A program made the translations under genes and the position numbers. A stretch of 64,000 bases of DNA, from contig JAKLDJ010000002.1 of the NCBI GenBank assembly GCA_022703585.1, positions 27,413 to 91,412 of the forward strand. The letters are read 5' to 3'. Under the pieces are notes generated by a model. It saw only the letters and a list, made by a program, of their open reading frames with translations, was not told the origin of the DNA and made no database searches. Position 1 is the stretch's first letter; each line of letters opens with the position of its first letter. Origin of the DNA: Candidatus Omnitrophota bacterium. Its GTDB lineage: Bacteria > Omnitrophota > Gorgyraeia > Zapsychrales > JAKLDJ01. This document shows positions 31,392 through 41,827 of this stretch, in pieces.

Positions 31392-31862
31392 ATGCTAACC
31401 TTAGAGCAAAAAATTGCCAAAACGCTTACCCGAGACGGAAAAACTTTAAGCCTCGCCGAATCCTGCACCGGTGGCCTTATCGCCAACCGCCTAACAGATA
31501 TCCCGGGAAGCTCATTGTTCTTCACTCTTGGAATTGTCGCCTATGCCAACGCCACCAAGACTAAGCTGCTTAAAGTCCCGCCATTCCTTTTGGCCAAATA
31601 CGGCGCCGTCAGTTCTCAGGTTGCCAAGAAAATGGCCAGCGGCGCGAGGCAAATTTCAAAAACCGATTTTGGCGTCAGTGTCACCGGTATCGCCGGCCCG
31701 ACGGGAGGAACCAAAAATAAGCCCGTAGGACTCGTCTATATTGCCGTTAGCTCTAAAAAGGCTACTCAAAGTTTTCGTTTCGTTTTTAAAGGAACACGCA
31801 CTGTGATTAAGAAAAAGGCTGCCTCCCAGGCGCTATGCCTGCTCTTTAAAGCCATCGCATGA
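31392..31862 (+). CDS. pncC: CinA C-terminal domain protein (nicotinamide-nucleotide amidohydrolase PncC-like)
   Basis: 156 aa (LSLAESCTGGLIA, GIAGPTGG) typical of the CinA-C domain, with no N-terminal MocF/CinA domain. Confidence 0.75.
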   Translation: MLTLEQKIAKTLTRDGKTLSLAESCTGGLIANRLTDIPGSSLFFTLGIVAYANATKTKLLKVPPFLLAKYGAVSSQVAKKMASGARQISKTDFGVSVTGIAGPTGGTKNKPVGLVYIAVSSKKATQSFRFVFKGTRTVIKKKAASQALCLLFKAIA

Positions 31863-32443
31863 CCTCAAATACCCTCCGTCTATTTATCGCCATTGAACTA
31901 GACCCTTCCGTCCGGGAAGCTATCGGCATTATTCAAGATCACCTTAGGAAATCAGGCGCAGATGTCAAATGGGTGAAGCCTGACGACATCCATTTGACTT
32001 TAAAATTCTTAGGCGATACGCCCACGGATATAGTTGATAAAATCGCAAACGCTATGCAAGAATCGGTTCAATCCGTTAAAAAATTCTTGATCGAGATAAC
32101 CGGGCTAGGGGCTTTCCCTAAGATTTCCAGCCCTCGCATTATCTGGGTAGGAATCGAAAACGGCCGCAAGGAAGTCAAACAGATAGCTGCTTCTCTTGAA
32201 GAAAAGCTGGAAACGCTGGGGATAAAAAAAGAGGAGAGAGAATTCTCCGCCCACATTACCGTCGGACGGACACGCTCACCGCAGAATATCTTTGCCTTAA
32301 GCAAAATCCTAAAAGAATTTAAGTCTACCGCCCCCATCACCCAAGAAGTCAGTCATATCACACTTATCAAAAGCACGCTAACAGCTCAGGGGCCTGTTTA
32401 TGAAGTTTTAAGAAGAGCGGATTTTGGAAACTCTCGAGCCTAG
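31859..32443 (+). CDS. thpR: RNA 2',3'-cyclic phosphodiesterase (2H family, LigT/ThpR)
   Basis: 194 aa with two H-x-T-x motifs (HLTLKFLG and HITVGR). There is a 4-nt overlap with the upstream gene. Confidence 0.8.
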   Translation: MTSNTLRLFIAIELDPSVREAIGIIQDHLRKSGADVKWVKPDDIHLTLKFLGDTPTDIVDKIANAMQESVQSVKKFLIEITGLGAFPKISSPRIIWVGIENGRKEVKQIAASLEEKLETLGIKKEEREFSAHITVGRTRSPQNIFALSKILKEFKSTAPITQEVSHITLIKSTLTAQGPVYEVLRRADFGNSRA

Positions 32444-32643
32444 TGAGATTTTCCGGATATCTTTTTGATTTTTGCAACGATTCCATCAAAATATTTTGAA
32501 AGATTATCCCAATTAATATGGGTTTCGTCTTTCGGCACACCCAACCGGCCGTCCATAACCCTGACCGTCTCAAATAAATTACTCTGCTGAATAATAAACA
32601 GCACAAGGCAAAGAATGAGGACAATTATCAAGAATTTAATCAT
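32440..32643 (-). CDS. Hypothetical small membrane protein
   Basis: 67 aa with one N-terminal TM helix (KFLIIVLILCLVLFII) and a GAGGT RBS 5 nt upstream. Its stop codon shares the CTAG palindrome with the convergent thpR stop. Confidence 0.35.
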   Translation of the reverse strand: MIKFLIIVLILCLVLFIIQQSNLFETVRVMDGRLGVPKDETHINWDNLSKYFDGIVAKIKKISGKSH

Positions 32644-32824
32644 TATTTACCTCGCTTTCTTTATGGCACTAAATGACATAATACGATATTAAATGTAATA
32701 TATAATGTATGGAGGTAATTATAATATAATATCGGTAACTATATTATTATTTATTATTTTCTGCATTTTTAGGGTATCTTGCGCGGATACGGCAAGAATT
32801 TATCGCTATGACTTTTAACGGAAT

Positions 32825-33277
32825 CTATACATTGATAATCTGCAAAGCTACCTGCATGACAATATTTGCATAGAGCCCGGCGATAATATCATCCATCATG
32901 ATTCCGGTACCCCCTCCCGCAGCCTCCCATTTATTCGCCGGGTATATCTTAAACATGTCAAAAGCCCTAAAAACAAAGAAAGCCGTTACGATGACCGGAA
33001 TCGTAGGGGGAAGCAAAAAAAGGGTAATTAAAATTCCAGACACTTCATCAATAACAACCCAAGAAGGGTCCTTTTTATTTAAAATCTTTTCCATCCGGCC
33101 GGCAACCAGGAAACCGACCACAGTAATACCGACCGTCACTAAGATATACGCGCTGATCTGGGCATATAAAAGAAAGTAAATTACAACCCCCGCCGCACTC
33201 GCCATCGTTCCTGAGGCAAAGGGAAAAGTTCCCACATAGCAGAATGTCGCGCAAAATTTCACAATACTATTGAGCAT
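32825..33277 (-). CDS. pgpA: Phosphatidylglycerophosphatase A
   Basis: 150 aa membrane protein. DPSWVVIDEVSG is the hallmark of PgpA. Confidence 0.8.
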   Translation of the reverse strand: MLNSIVKFCATFCYVGTFPFASGTMASAAGVVIYFLLYAQISAYILVTVGITVVGFLVAGRMEKILNKKDPSWVVIDEVSGILITLFLLPPTIPVIVTAFFVFRAFDMFKIYPANKWEAAGGGTGIMMDDIIAGLYANIVMQVALQIINV

Positions 33278-33845
33278 AGATAAGTTTCCTGTTATTCCAC
33301 AGGTAATAAATACCCGAGGTTAATGTTAAAACCAGGGTAATCAGCATCAATACCTGAATCCCGGTTCGCCACCACATTTCAATCTGGCCCGACCATTGAG
33401 ACAGGGATGTCAGGACTTCCCTGAAAACAATAAATCCAAGGATAGAAAAGATAGCGACGATCTGCGAGATGGTTTTATGTTTGCCTGCTTTCTCGGCAGC
33501 CAAGACCTTCCCTTTAGTCAAGGCAAAAACTCTTAAGCCCGTCACCACAATCTCCCGGCCCAAAATCAAGACAACCATCCAATCGTCAACCAAGTGCATA
33601 CGCACGAACGCTAAGAATGCCGCCAGGATAAGAAATTTATCGGCAATAGGATCCATAAGTCTGCCGAAATCGCTGACCATATTATATTTCTTGGCCAAGT
33701 ATCCGTCGTAATAATCCGTCAAGGACGCTAAGATAAAAACAATCGCCGCGGCGACAACCGGAACAAGGCCGTTTTGAGAAATAAGAAACACAAATACAAA
33801 AGTTAGAATAAACCGCGAGATCGTAAGCTTGTTGGGTAGGTTCAT
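33267..33845 (-). CDS. pgsA: CDP-diacylglycerol--glycerol-3-phosphate 3-phosphatidyltransferase
   Basis: 192 aa with the CDP-alcohol phosphatidyltransferase motif D(Y)YDGYLAK...G...DPIADK. Confidence 0.85.
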   Translation of the reverse strand: MNLPNKLTISRFILTFVFVFLISQNGLVPVVAAAIVFILASLTDYYDGYLAKKYNMVSDFGRLMDPIADKFLILAAFLAFVRMHLVDDWMVVLILGREIVVTGLRVFALTKGKVLAAEKAGKHKTISQIVAIFSILGFIVFREVLTSLSQWSGQIEMWWRTGIQVLMLITLVLTLTSGIYYLWNNRKLIYAQ

Positions 33846-35164
33846 AGGGCTTTTGCAACCAGATCGTATTCGTAGGTATCGTTAATTTCCACCGGAACAA
33901 AATCCCCTATTGAAAGGGTTCTCTTCGTATGAACGTAAACCAGCCCATCGACTTCCGGGGCCTGGTATTGGGTCCTTCCTAAATAAATATTCTCTTCCCC
34001 TTTTTGCTTTTCGTCAATGAGGACTTCTAACTTTTTACCTAAGAATTTTTTCTGAAGATTCCTGGAAATCTCCTGCTGCTGACGCATCAAAAGGTTGAGA
34101 CGTTTCCTTTTAACCGTTTCCGGAACCTGGTCTTTAAAATCATAGGCCGCGGTCCCCTCTTCGTGCGAATAAGGAAAGACACCCACATGCTCAAACGGAA
34201 ATTGCAAAGAAAAATCGAGAAGCTCCTGGAAATTCTCATCGGTCTCTCCCGGGAAACCGACGATAAACGTGGTTCTTAGCGATATGTCCGGAATCTTTTC
34301 TCTAAGCTTTTTAACCAACGTAACGGTTTGTTGTTTGGTGCTATGACGGTTCATCCTCTTTAAAATCCCGTCGGAAATATGCTGAAGCGGCATATCCAGA
34401 TAACGGCAAATCTTTTTCTCGTCCGCAATGCAACCAATCAATTCATCGTCCACGTGGGCGGGAAAAGCGTAGAGCAAACGCACCCAGCGTATATTTTTTG
34501 TTACCGAAACAATTTCCTTTAAAAGCCGGCTGAGACTTTTCTTTTTGTAGATATCCATGCCGTACGCGGTAATATCCTGGCCGATGATACTGATCTCTTT
34601 GACACCCTTGGAGTCCAAGAATGTAACTTCCTTAACTATCGACTCGATAGTGCGCGAGCAGAATTTACCCTTGATTTTAGGGATCGTGCAAAAGCTGCAA
34701 GGATTAAAACAGCTCTCGGAAATCTTCACATAGGCAAAATGTTTCGGGGTTAGAATAACTTGGGGGCAGGCCTCATCCCGTTCAAGAGAGAGAACACCGG
34801 TAATGGCATCAATCTCCTTAAAATCAGCGATTAATTCATGTGGGTAACGCTGGCTCAAACATCCGGCAACGATGATCTTCTTTATTTTTCCCTGCTTTTT
34901 AAGTTCAATCAAATCCAAAATAACATCGATGGACTCTTCTTTGGCTTCTTTGATAAAAGAACAGGTATTGACGATAGCAACTTCGGCGTTCTTAATATCG
35001 ACGATGGGGTATCCGTTTTTTTTAAGGCGACCGAGGATAATTTGGGAGTCGGTTAAATTGCGAGCACAACCCAGGTTAATAATGCCGACGGATGATTTCT
35101 GAAGATTGTTTTTAGGGGAAGAATTTATGACAGAAGGACTGCGATGCCTTTGAACACGTTTCAT
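33842..35164 (-). CDS. rimO: Ribosomal protein S12 methylthiotransferase (radical SAM, MiaB family)
   Basis: 440 aa. N-terminal LGCARNLTDSQ matches RimO-type LGCPKNxVDSE. Radical-SAM CxxxCxxC (CSFCTIP) and a C-terminal TRAM region. It carries a roughly 25-aa N-terminal extension. Confidence 0.75.
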   Translation of the reverse strand: MKRVQRHRSPSVINSSPKNNLQKSSVGIINLGCARNLTDSQIILGRLKKNGYPIVDIKNAEVAIVNTCSFIKEAKEESIDVILDLIELKKQGKIKKIIVAGCLSQRYPHELIADFKEIDAITGVLSLERDEACPQVILTPKHFAYVKISESCFNPCSFCTIPKIKGKFCSRTIESIVKEVTFLDSKGVKEISIIGQDITAYGMDIYKKKSLSRLLKEIVSVTKNIRWVRLLYAFPAHVDDELIGCIADEKKICRYLDMPLQHISDGILKRMNRHSTKQQTVTLVKKLREKIPDISLRTTFIVGFPGETDENFQELLDFSLQFPFEHVGVFPYSHEEGTAAYDFKDQVPETVKRKRLNLLMRQQQEISRNLQKKFLGKKLEVLIDEKQKGEENIYLGRTQYQAPEVDGLVYVHTKRTLSIGDFVPVEINDTYEYDLVAKAL

Positions 35165-36033
35165 TACTTAACGGAGAAACCCGCCGGTGTAATGATGACT
35201 TTCTTGGATCGGCGGTTTTCACGGCTTAAGGGCCCGAGTATTTTCCCGTTGAGCTCAAAGTCCAAGCCGCCGATATCGTTTCCGGAGAGCTCGATTCTTT
35301 CATTGGCATTCCAGGTCTCGGTTGTCCCTTTCTTAAGAGTGGCGCGAAAAACCTCGACGCCGTCGGCCTTTACCTGCAACCAGCTGTCCTTTTTAGCGCG
35401 TACCGAAAGGACGACCTTCTTGCCTGCCTCCTGAGTGCGATTATCAGCATCCTTTTCAGTAGAAGTCAACGCAGTGCTGACAGCCGCCTCGGCGGGAGCA
35501 GTTGTTTTGGAGGTAGCCGCCTTTTTACTTCCTTTAGCCTCAAGTTTCCGCTTATCGGCAGATTTTTCTTTTTTAACCTGGATTCGCAAAGAATTCGAAG
35601 AACTTTTTTCTGTTTTTGAATTAGCAGAACCAGGTTTTCTGTGTGCGATAAAATTTATGGTCTTGACGGCAAAGATGAATATCACTATACCGGCGATGAT
35701 TTTTGCAGCTAATCGCAACCTGGGTGCGGTTAAATAGGAAGAAAAATCCGGCAAGCTCGCAGCTACAGGCCGAGGGGCAGCAATCGGGGCAGGAAGTTTT
35801 TCAGGCTTGTAATCATCCAGGATAACATTTAATTCAACGCCTAAAAACTTGGCGTACATCTTTAAGAAACCTCGGTAATAAAAAGGCGACAGAGTCCTTA
35901 TCGTATACGCATCCTCGATGGCCTTTAAGACGTCCATCGGGATTTTGGTTGCCTCATGTGCCGACTCAAGGCTAATCCCTTTGGCCTCTCTGGCCTGCTT
36001 CAATAATAACCCCTGTTGGGCCCGATCGCTCAT
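35164..36033 (-). CDS. rodZ: RodZ-like cytoskeleton protein (HTH-XRE N-domain, TM helix, DUF4115-like C-domain)
   Basis: 289 aa with an N-terminal HTH (LLLKQAREAKGISLESAHEATKIP), a mid TM segment, a low-complexity linker and a C-terminal beta domain. Confidence 0.6.
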   Translation of the reverse strand: MSDRAQQGLLLKQAREAKGISLESAHEATKIPMDVLKAIEDAYTIRTLSPFYYRGFLKMYAKFLGVELNVILDDYKPEKLPAPIAAPRPVAASLPDFSSYLTAPRLRLAAKIIAGIVIFIFAVKTINFIAHRKPGSANSKTEKSSSNSLRIQVKKEKSADKRKLEAKGSKKAATSKTTAPAEAAVSTALTSTEKDADNRTQEAGKKVVLSVRAKKDSWLQVKADGVEVFRATLKKGTTETWNANERIELSGNDIGGLDFELNGKILGPLSRENRRSKKVIITPAGFSVK

Positions 36034-38249
36034 TGAGGTTGCCCTATATTATTTTTTAGCCATTCTTCTCTGTTGATTAAAAGCTCCCGCGCCTTGCTGC
36101 CGCAATAGGGCCCAATAATACCGTTTTGCTCCATCATGTCGATCAGCCGGGCCGCACGCGTGTAGCCCAACCGCATACGTCTTTGCAGGATCGTTACCGA
36201 TGGTTGATTGGTTTCGATAACCAATCGCAAGGCCTCATCATAAAGCTCATCTTTTTCTATAGGAGCACCGCTGGTATTGCTGGCTTGTTGCTTTAATATG
36301 TTTTCATCATACAGCGGTTCTTGCTGTGTTTTGACGAAATCAATAACATTCTGTATTTCCTCGTCGGAAACGTAGCTGCACTGTCCGCGGATAGGTTTGG
36401 CCTCTCCGGGTTTCATGAAAAGCATGTCGCCCCGACCCAGTAATTTCTCGGCACCGTTCATATCCAAAACGGTGCGCGAATCGACTTTTGAGGCAACTTT
36501 AAACGAAATGCGCGCAGGAAAATTCGCTTTAATAACACCAGTGATAACATCCACGCTCGGCCTCTGGGTCGCTAAGATCAAATGGATGCCGACGGCGCGC
36601 GATAATTGCGCCAGGCGCGTAATAGCACTTTCAATGTGATTGGCGGCCACCTGCATTAAATCAGCCAACTCGTCGACGATAACCACGATATACGGAAGCC
36701 TGCGTTCTTTGGCGTTATAGGCCTCGATATTGCGCACCCCGTCCTTGGCCAAAAGTGAATAGCGGGCCTCCATTTCACCGACAACCCAGTTAAGCGCAGC
36801 CGAAACCTTTTTAGGGTCCGTTACCGCCGGACATAAGGCATGCGGAAGCGAGCTATAAATAGACAATTCGACCATCTTAGGATCGACAAAAATAAACTTT
36901 ACTTCATCCGGGGAGGCATTAAAAAGCATCGACATGATTAAACTATTGACGCAAACGGTTTTTCCTGCGCCCGTCGTGCCGGCAATCAAAAGATGCGGCA
37001 TCTGGCCCAGATCCGCAAATAGCGATTGCCCCGCAATGTCTTTACCTAAGGCGAGGGTTAATTTTGACTTGTGCTTCCTGAAATCACCGTTAGCCAAAAC
37101 ATCTTTTAAGAAAACCAGGCTTGAGGAAGTATTAGGAACTTCTACGCCAACCCGGTCTTTCCCCGGAATAGGAGCAACGATACGCACAGTTTGGGCCTTC
37201 ATCGCCAGGGCAATATCATCCGAAAGGGTAGCAATCTGCTGGACCTTGACCCCCGGCGCCGGATCAAGTTCATAACGGGTAATCACCGGCCCTCGCTCGA
37301 CGTCAGCTACACGCACGCGAACGCCAAACTCCGCCAACGTTTCTTCCAGGACCTTTGCCCCTCCTTCAAGATCTTCCTGAAGTTGACGCGCCGAAACCGG
37401 AGGCGAATCCTTTAATAAATCCAGGGTCGGCAGATTGTACTCACCGATTTTCAAAGGCTTTTCTATCAAGGTGGAAGACCGCGCTTCTTTGGACTCGGGT
37501 ACCGAGACGCGGATTTGAGGTTTTGGCGCAGGTGCTGGTTCAGAGATTGGCTCTGATTTATCCGGCTTCTCTTCTTTGCCTTTAAACAGCTTAGCAATTG
37601 ATTTATCCGGCTTCGGAGCCTTTTGTTTTTCTATGTTCGGCAACTTAACGGTAACTGCCTTTCGAGAATCTTCCGTTACCCTGCCTTCTTTTATCCTATC
37701 CTTCAGGAAGCCGAACTTTTCCTTAAGAAGATCCACTATCTTGAACAGAAAAGGCGACACTAAAAATTCTCCGATCAAGATTAACGCCAGAAGCCCTAGG
37801 GTCAGCAAAATAACATAGGCACCGATACGCCCAAAATAGCTGATAAGAAAATCAGACGTGTAAATTCCCAAAAGTCCTCCCCGCTGAAAACGTGCCGTAT
37901 GGGCCTGGAGGCCAATCATGCTAAAAAGTGAACCCAAAACACAAAACATGACGATAAAGCTGATCAGCTTTGAAAGAGAAAACTTCAATTCTTTTGATGA
38001 AAACTTATCCCAGCTCCAAAACAATAAAAAGGCTACAATCGCGTAAGCGCTATAGCCCAGGACAAAGAAAAGCCCACCGGCTAAGTAAGCACCAAAAATG
38101 CGGATAAGATTATGAGCAGGGTAATTCGGGTGAGAGGTATACCACGGCAGGTCGTGGGGATCAAAAGAAATAAGACTTGCGAAAAGAATAATGGCAGCCG
38201 CTGAGATAACGACTGCCTTAATCTCGTTTATAATCTGTTCACGTTTCAT
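36030..38249 (-). CDS. ftsK: DNA translocase FtsK/SpoIIIE
   Basis: 739 aa with four N-terminal TM helices, a linker, a motor with a Walker A (GTTGAGKTV), and a C-terminal gamma winged-helix. Confidence 0.9.
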   Translation of the reverse strand: MKREQIINEIKAVVISAAAIILFASLISFDPHDLPWYTSHPNYPAHNLIRIFGAYLAGGLFFVLGYSAYAIVAFLLFWSWDKFSSKELKFSLSKLISFIVMFCVLGSLFSMIGLQAHTARFQRGGLLGIYTSDFLISYFGRIGAYVILLTLGLLALILIGEFLVSPFLFKIVDLLKEKFGFLKDRIKEGRVTEDSRKAVTVKLPNIEKQKAPKPDKSIAKLFKGKEEKPDKSEPISEPAPAPKPQIRVSVPESKEARSSTLIEKPLKIGEYNLPTLDLLKDSPPVSARQLQEDLEGGAKVLEETLAEFGVRVRVADVERGPVITRYELDPAPGVKVQQIATLSDDIALAMKAQTVRIVAPIPGKDRVGVEVPNTSSSLVFLKDVLANGDFRKHKSKLTLALGKDIAGQSLFADLGQMPHLLIAGTTGAGKTVCVNSLIMSMLFNASPDEVKFIFVDPKMVELSIYSSLPHALCPAVTDPKKVSAALNWVVGEMEARYSLLAKDGVRNIEAYNAKERRLPYIVVIVDELADLMQVAANHIESAITRLAQLSRAVGIHLILATQRPSVDVITGVIKANFPARISFKVASKVDSRTVLDMNGAEKLLGRGDMLFMKPGEAKPIRGQCSYVSDEEIQNVIDFVKTQQEPLYDENILKQQASNTSGAPIEKDELYDEALRLVIETNQPSVTILQRRMRLGYTRAARLIDMMEQNGIIGPYCGSKARELLINREEWLKNNIGQPQ

Positions 38250-40342
38250 TCGGCCTGTTTTTTACTTAAATTGACCCGGTTTAATTCGTCAACCTCGATT
38301 ACTTTGACCTTAAACTGGTCGCCGACTTTTACAACCTTGTTGATGTCTTTGACAAACGTATTGGACAACTCCGAAACATGCACTAGGCCTTCTTTGCCGG
38401 GTAAAAACTCGCAGAAGGCGCCAAAATTCATGATGCGTTTAACCGTAGCGTCGTAGATCCTCCCGACTTCGGGATCCTCGGTCATGCCCCGTATAATTGA
38501 AATGGCCTTTGAGGACATCGCTTCATCGGTCGAAGCCACGAGCACAGTTCCGTCATCTTCAATATCAATGCTGACACCGGTCGCATCAATGATCTTTTTA
38601 ATATTCTTCCCGCCTGGACCAATAAGCTCACCGATCCTTTCGGGATTAATATGCAATGTCGTTATCCTCGGGGCATAAGTAGAAAGCTGCTCCCTGGGGC
38701 CGGCCAGGACAGCATGCATTTTATCCAAGATAACAAGCCTCGTCTCTTTAGCCTGCTGGGTCGCCTGGGACAATAAATCAATGCTGATCCCTTTGATCTT
38801 TAAATCCAGCTGGATAGCAGTAACCCCTTTTCGTGTCCCCGCCACCTTAAAATCCATATCTCCAAAATGGTCCTCAAGCCCCATGATATCCGTTAAAAGG
38901 ACAGCCTTTCCGTTTCCGGTAATCAATCCTATGGAAATACCCGCAACGGCATCCTTAATAGGAACACCGGCATCCATAAGGGACAGGGTACCCGCGCAAA
39001 CCGAGGCCATGCTCGAAGAACCGTTCGATTCCAAGATTTCTGAAACCACCCGTACCGTATAAGGAAATTCTTCAGCCTTCGGCATCACCGAGCGGATCGC
39101 TTTTTCAGCCAAGGCGCCGTGTCCAATCTCGCGCCTGCCGGGCCCGCGCATGGGCCCGGTTTCTCCCACGCTAAAGGAAGGAAAATTGTAATGCAACATA
39201 AAAGTCTTTTCGGACTTACCTTCCAGGGCCTCAACCATCTGCTCGTCATTGCTGGTACCTAAAGTTGTAATCGCAAGGCTCTGTGTCTGGCCGCGCGTAA
39301 AAAGACCTGAACCGTGCGTACGCGGAAGGATGCCCACCTCACAGCCTATGGGACGCAATTCATTAAATGCCCTGCCGTCTACCCTTCTTTTTTCTTCGAG
39401 GATAATCCTTCTGACTTCTTGGGCTTCAACTTCGTGAAGCGCTATTTTAATATCAGAGGCTTCAATGTCGCGCCCCTCAATCTTAAACTCGCTAAATACG
39501 GACAAATCAACGGTTAAATCTTTCAGCAATAGGCTAACCGCCTCTTCACGCTGATCCTTTTTGCCCATCTTGTAAATCTCAAGAATCTTTGAAAACGATA
39601 ATTTCTTGACTTTCTCGACAAATTCAGGAGGAAGTTGACAGAGCTTTACTTCAGTTTTCTTTTTACCGATCGATTTAACAAGCTCTTTTTGGATTTCGGC
39701 GACGGGTTTTAGCTTCTCCAGGCCGAACTCAAGGGCTTTTAAGACTTTTTCTTCCTCGACTTCCTTGGCCTCTCCTTCAATCATAATCACCTGGTCATGC
39801 CAACCGGCCACGATCAAGTCCAAAGAACTTTGAGCTCTTTGGGCATAAGTCGGGTTAAGAATAAATTTATCATCAATCATGCCGACGCGAACGGTCCCGA
39901 TAGGGCCGTCAAAAGGAATATCCGATATCATGAGCGCGGCAGAGGCCCCCACCAGGGCCAAGACATCAGGATCATGCTCCCCGTCACTGCTTAAAACCAG
40001 GGCAACGATCTGAACGGCATTATAAAAACCTTTAGGGAAAAGCGACCGAATAGGCCTGTCAATAACGCGGGCGGCTAAAATCTCGCTCTCGGAAGGACGG
40101 CCTTCACGCTTAAAAAATCCTCCCGGAATGCGTCCAGCAGCATAGGTTTTTTCCTGATATTCAACCATGAGAGGAAAGAAATCAACACCCTCTCTTCTTT
40201 CCTTGGCCATGCAGGCAGTAACTAAAACAATCGTGCCGCCGCAGGTAACCGTGACGGCACCGTTGGCCTGGTTGGCGAACTTCCCTGATTCAATAATAAG
40301 ATTTTGATCCCCAAAAGGGATCTCAACACGCTCAAAATTCAT
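38246..40342 (-). CDS. pnp: Polyribonucleotide nucleotidyltransferase (PNPase)
   Basis: 698 aa with two RNase PH domains plus KH and S1. It sits in the canonical rpsO-pnp arrangement. Confidence 0.95.
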   Translation of the reverse strand: MNFERVEIPFGDQNLIIESGKFANQANGAVTVTCGGTIVLVTACMAKERREGVDFFPLMVEYQEKTYAAGRIPGGFFKREGRPSESEILAARVIDRPIRSLFPKGFYNAVQIVALVLSSDGEHDPDVLALVGASAALMISDIPFDGPIGTVRVGMIDDKFILNPTYAQRAQSSLDLIVAGWHDQVIMIEGEAKEVEEEKVLKALEFGLEKLKPVAEIQKELVKSIGKKKTEVKLCQLPPEFVEKVKKLSFSKILEIYKMGKKDQREEAVSLLLKDLTVDLSVFSEFKIEGRDIEASDIKIALHEVEAQEVRRIILEEKRRVDGRAFNELRPIGCEVGILPRTHGSGLFTRGQTQSLAITTLGTSNDEQMVEALEGKSEKTFMLHYNFPSFSVGETGPMRGPGRREIGHGALAEKAIRSVMPKAEEFPYTVRVVSEILESNGSSSMASVCAGTLSLMDAGVPIKDAVAGISIGLITGNGKAVLLTDIMGLEDHFGDMDFKVAGTRKGVTAIQLDLKIKGISIDLLSQATQQAKETRLVILDKMHAVLAGPREQLSTYAPRITTLHINPERIGELIGPGGKNIKKIIDATGVSIDIEDDGTVLVASTDEAMSSKAISIIRGMTEDPEVGRIYDATVKRIMNFGAFCEFLPGKEGLVHVSELSNTFVKDINKVVKVGDQFKVKVIEVDELNRVNLSKKQAE

Positions 40343-40351
40343 GGTTTATCC

Positions 40352-40621
40352 TCATTTACGTAGACTGAGTTTATCGATCGTCTCTTCGTACTTTTTCGAA
40401 TCAGTCTTTTTTAGGTGGGCTAAAAGACGTCTCCTCTTGCCAATCATAATCAAGAGTCCGCGACGGGAGTGATTATCTTTGCGGTGAACCCTGAAGTGAT
40501 CCGTGAGGTGATTAATCTGCTCCGTCAGTAGGGCAACCTGCACTACATCGGAACCAGTATCTTGAGGGTGAATCTTAAAGCTGTCAATAACCTGTGTTTT
40601 CTTTTCTTTTACTAAAGCCAA
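40352..40621 (-). CDS. rpsO: 30S ribosomal protein S15
   Basis: 89 aa ([21 protein letters not shown]...). Uses a TTG start at 40621 with an AAGGAGG upstream. Confidence 0.9.
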   Translation of the reverse strand: MALVKEKKTQVIDSFKIHPQDTGSDVVQVALLTEQINHLTDHFRVHRKDNHSRRGLLIMIGKRRRLLAHLKKTDSKKYEETIDKLSLRK

Positions 40622-40660
40622 GTCTTCCTTTCCTCCTTTTTCTTTAATAGAATAGGTGTA

Positions 40661-40689
40661 ATTATACTATCTAAGTCGTTATACGTCAA
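40661..40689 (-). promoter_or_regulatory. Sigma-70-like promoter for rpsO-pnp: TTGACG-17-TATAAT
   Basis: Minus-sense TTGACG at 40689-40684, 17-nt spacer, TATAAT at 40666-40661. Confidence 0.6.
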
Positions 40690-40803
40690 GTTATAAGAAA
40701 TTAAACACTCTCCAAAGCATGGATATCCCAAAAAATCCTCTGGGAAATCACTGCGAACAGACAAAAGCTAATGCCCGGCAGTAACCCAGGAAACCTAGGG
40801 TTA

Positions 40804-41772
40804 TCAGTTGCCGGAGTTACCGAGCGCCTCCGCCAGAAGGCTTGCAGCCTTAACGACCTGCGCCATATGCCGGTAATTAAGCATCTGATAGGTGTCGGAA
40901 AGACTGTAGAAATCGGGGTTACGGTACGCCCCGGTATCGGTTATAAGAATCGCCGGATACCCTTTCTTCCAGAAGGCCCAGTGATCGGAACGGACAAAAT
41001 CAAACCCCGTCACCGCCTGAGCCGGCAAAGAGATGTTCTTTTTAAATATTGTTTCAGCTGATCCCATCAGCTTTAAGGAGCCGGTATTTCCTACCAGGGC
41101 AATAAAATTCGCTTTGTCGGGACAGAAAAATCCGAGTCCGACCGGATAGCGCTGTGACAATCTATTGGAATAATATCCGATAGAATCTAAAACAATGGCC
41201 GCCCTGATGTCCCCTTTCTTTTCCTGGATACTTTTAATATAAACAAGGCTCCCTCCTTGGGGAGTTTGAAAAAAAGGCGGCTCACCGTTAACAAAAGCCA
41301 CAAAATGAACGCTGTCGGCTATTTCCTTCTTGGCGATAACCGCTGCCAATTCCAGAACTGCCGCGACACCGCTGGCATTATTATCGGCTCCTGGGGTGTA
41401 GTAGGAATCATAGTGGGCGCCGACAACAATGATCGTACCGGGTGACTTCGTGCCGGTTTTTCGCGCAATAATATTACAGACCTTCCGGCCTTCAACCTCA
41501 AATTCCTGCCGTTCAACTTCAAGGCCTAGTTGCGTAAATTGGCCGACGATATACCGGGATGCTTTTTCTAAATTGCCGTATTCCCTGAAGCTGCGTTCTC
41601 CGATTTCGGAAGACAAGATATAGACGTGCCTTTTGAGACTGACTGCCATATCATCATTTTCTTTGGTGCGGACAGAGATTGAAGAACGGCTAACCTGCCA
41701 GCCAAAAGTAGAATAATACCCCACTACGATAACGGTACAAACAAACACTATTCTAAAAATTTTCTTATTCAT
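40804..41772 (-). CDS. M28 family zinc aminopeptidase, secreted/membrane-anchored
   Basis: 322 aa with an N-terminal hydrophobic anchor and M28 motifs (VVGAHYDSY, NASGVAAVLELA). Confidence 0.7.
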   Translation of the reverse strand: MNKKIFRIVFVCTVIVVGYYSTFGWQVSRSSISVRTKENDDMAVSLKRHVYILSSEIGERSFREYGNLEKASRYIVGQFTQLGLEVERQEFEVEGRKVCNIIARKTGTKSPGTIIVVGAHYDSYYTPGADNNASGVAAVLELAAVIAKKEIADSVHFVAFVNGEPPFFQTPQGGSLVYIKSIQEKKGDIRAAIVLDSIGYYSNRLSQRYPVGLGFFCPDKANFIALVGNTGSLKLMGSAETIFKKNISLPAQAVTGFDFVRSDHWAFWKKGYPAILITDTGAYRNPDFYSLSDTYQMLNYRHMAQVVKAASLLAEALGNSGN

Positions 41773-41827
41773 ATTAACACACCATTAGAATATCACTGCC
41801 ACGCATAAACCGGCACTCTTGGGCAGC

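Noticed and set aside
32680-32730. Possible XerCD dif site (ATAATGTAT core) in the AT-rich island, given xerD in the window
   Set aside because: Only the left part of the dif central region matches. The XerD-arm consensus TTATGTTAAAT/TTATGTAAACT is not present on either strand.
40720-40760. CCCAGAGGATTTTTTGGG as a terminator after the M28 peptidase gene
   Set aside because: The stem is only 4 bp (CCCA/TGGG). It is not a convincing intrinsic terminator.
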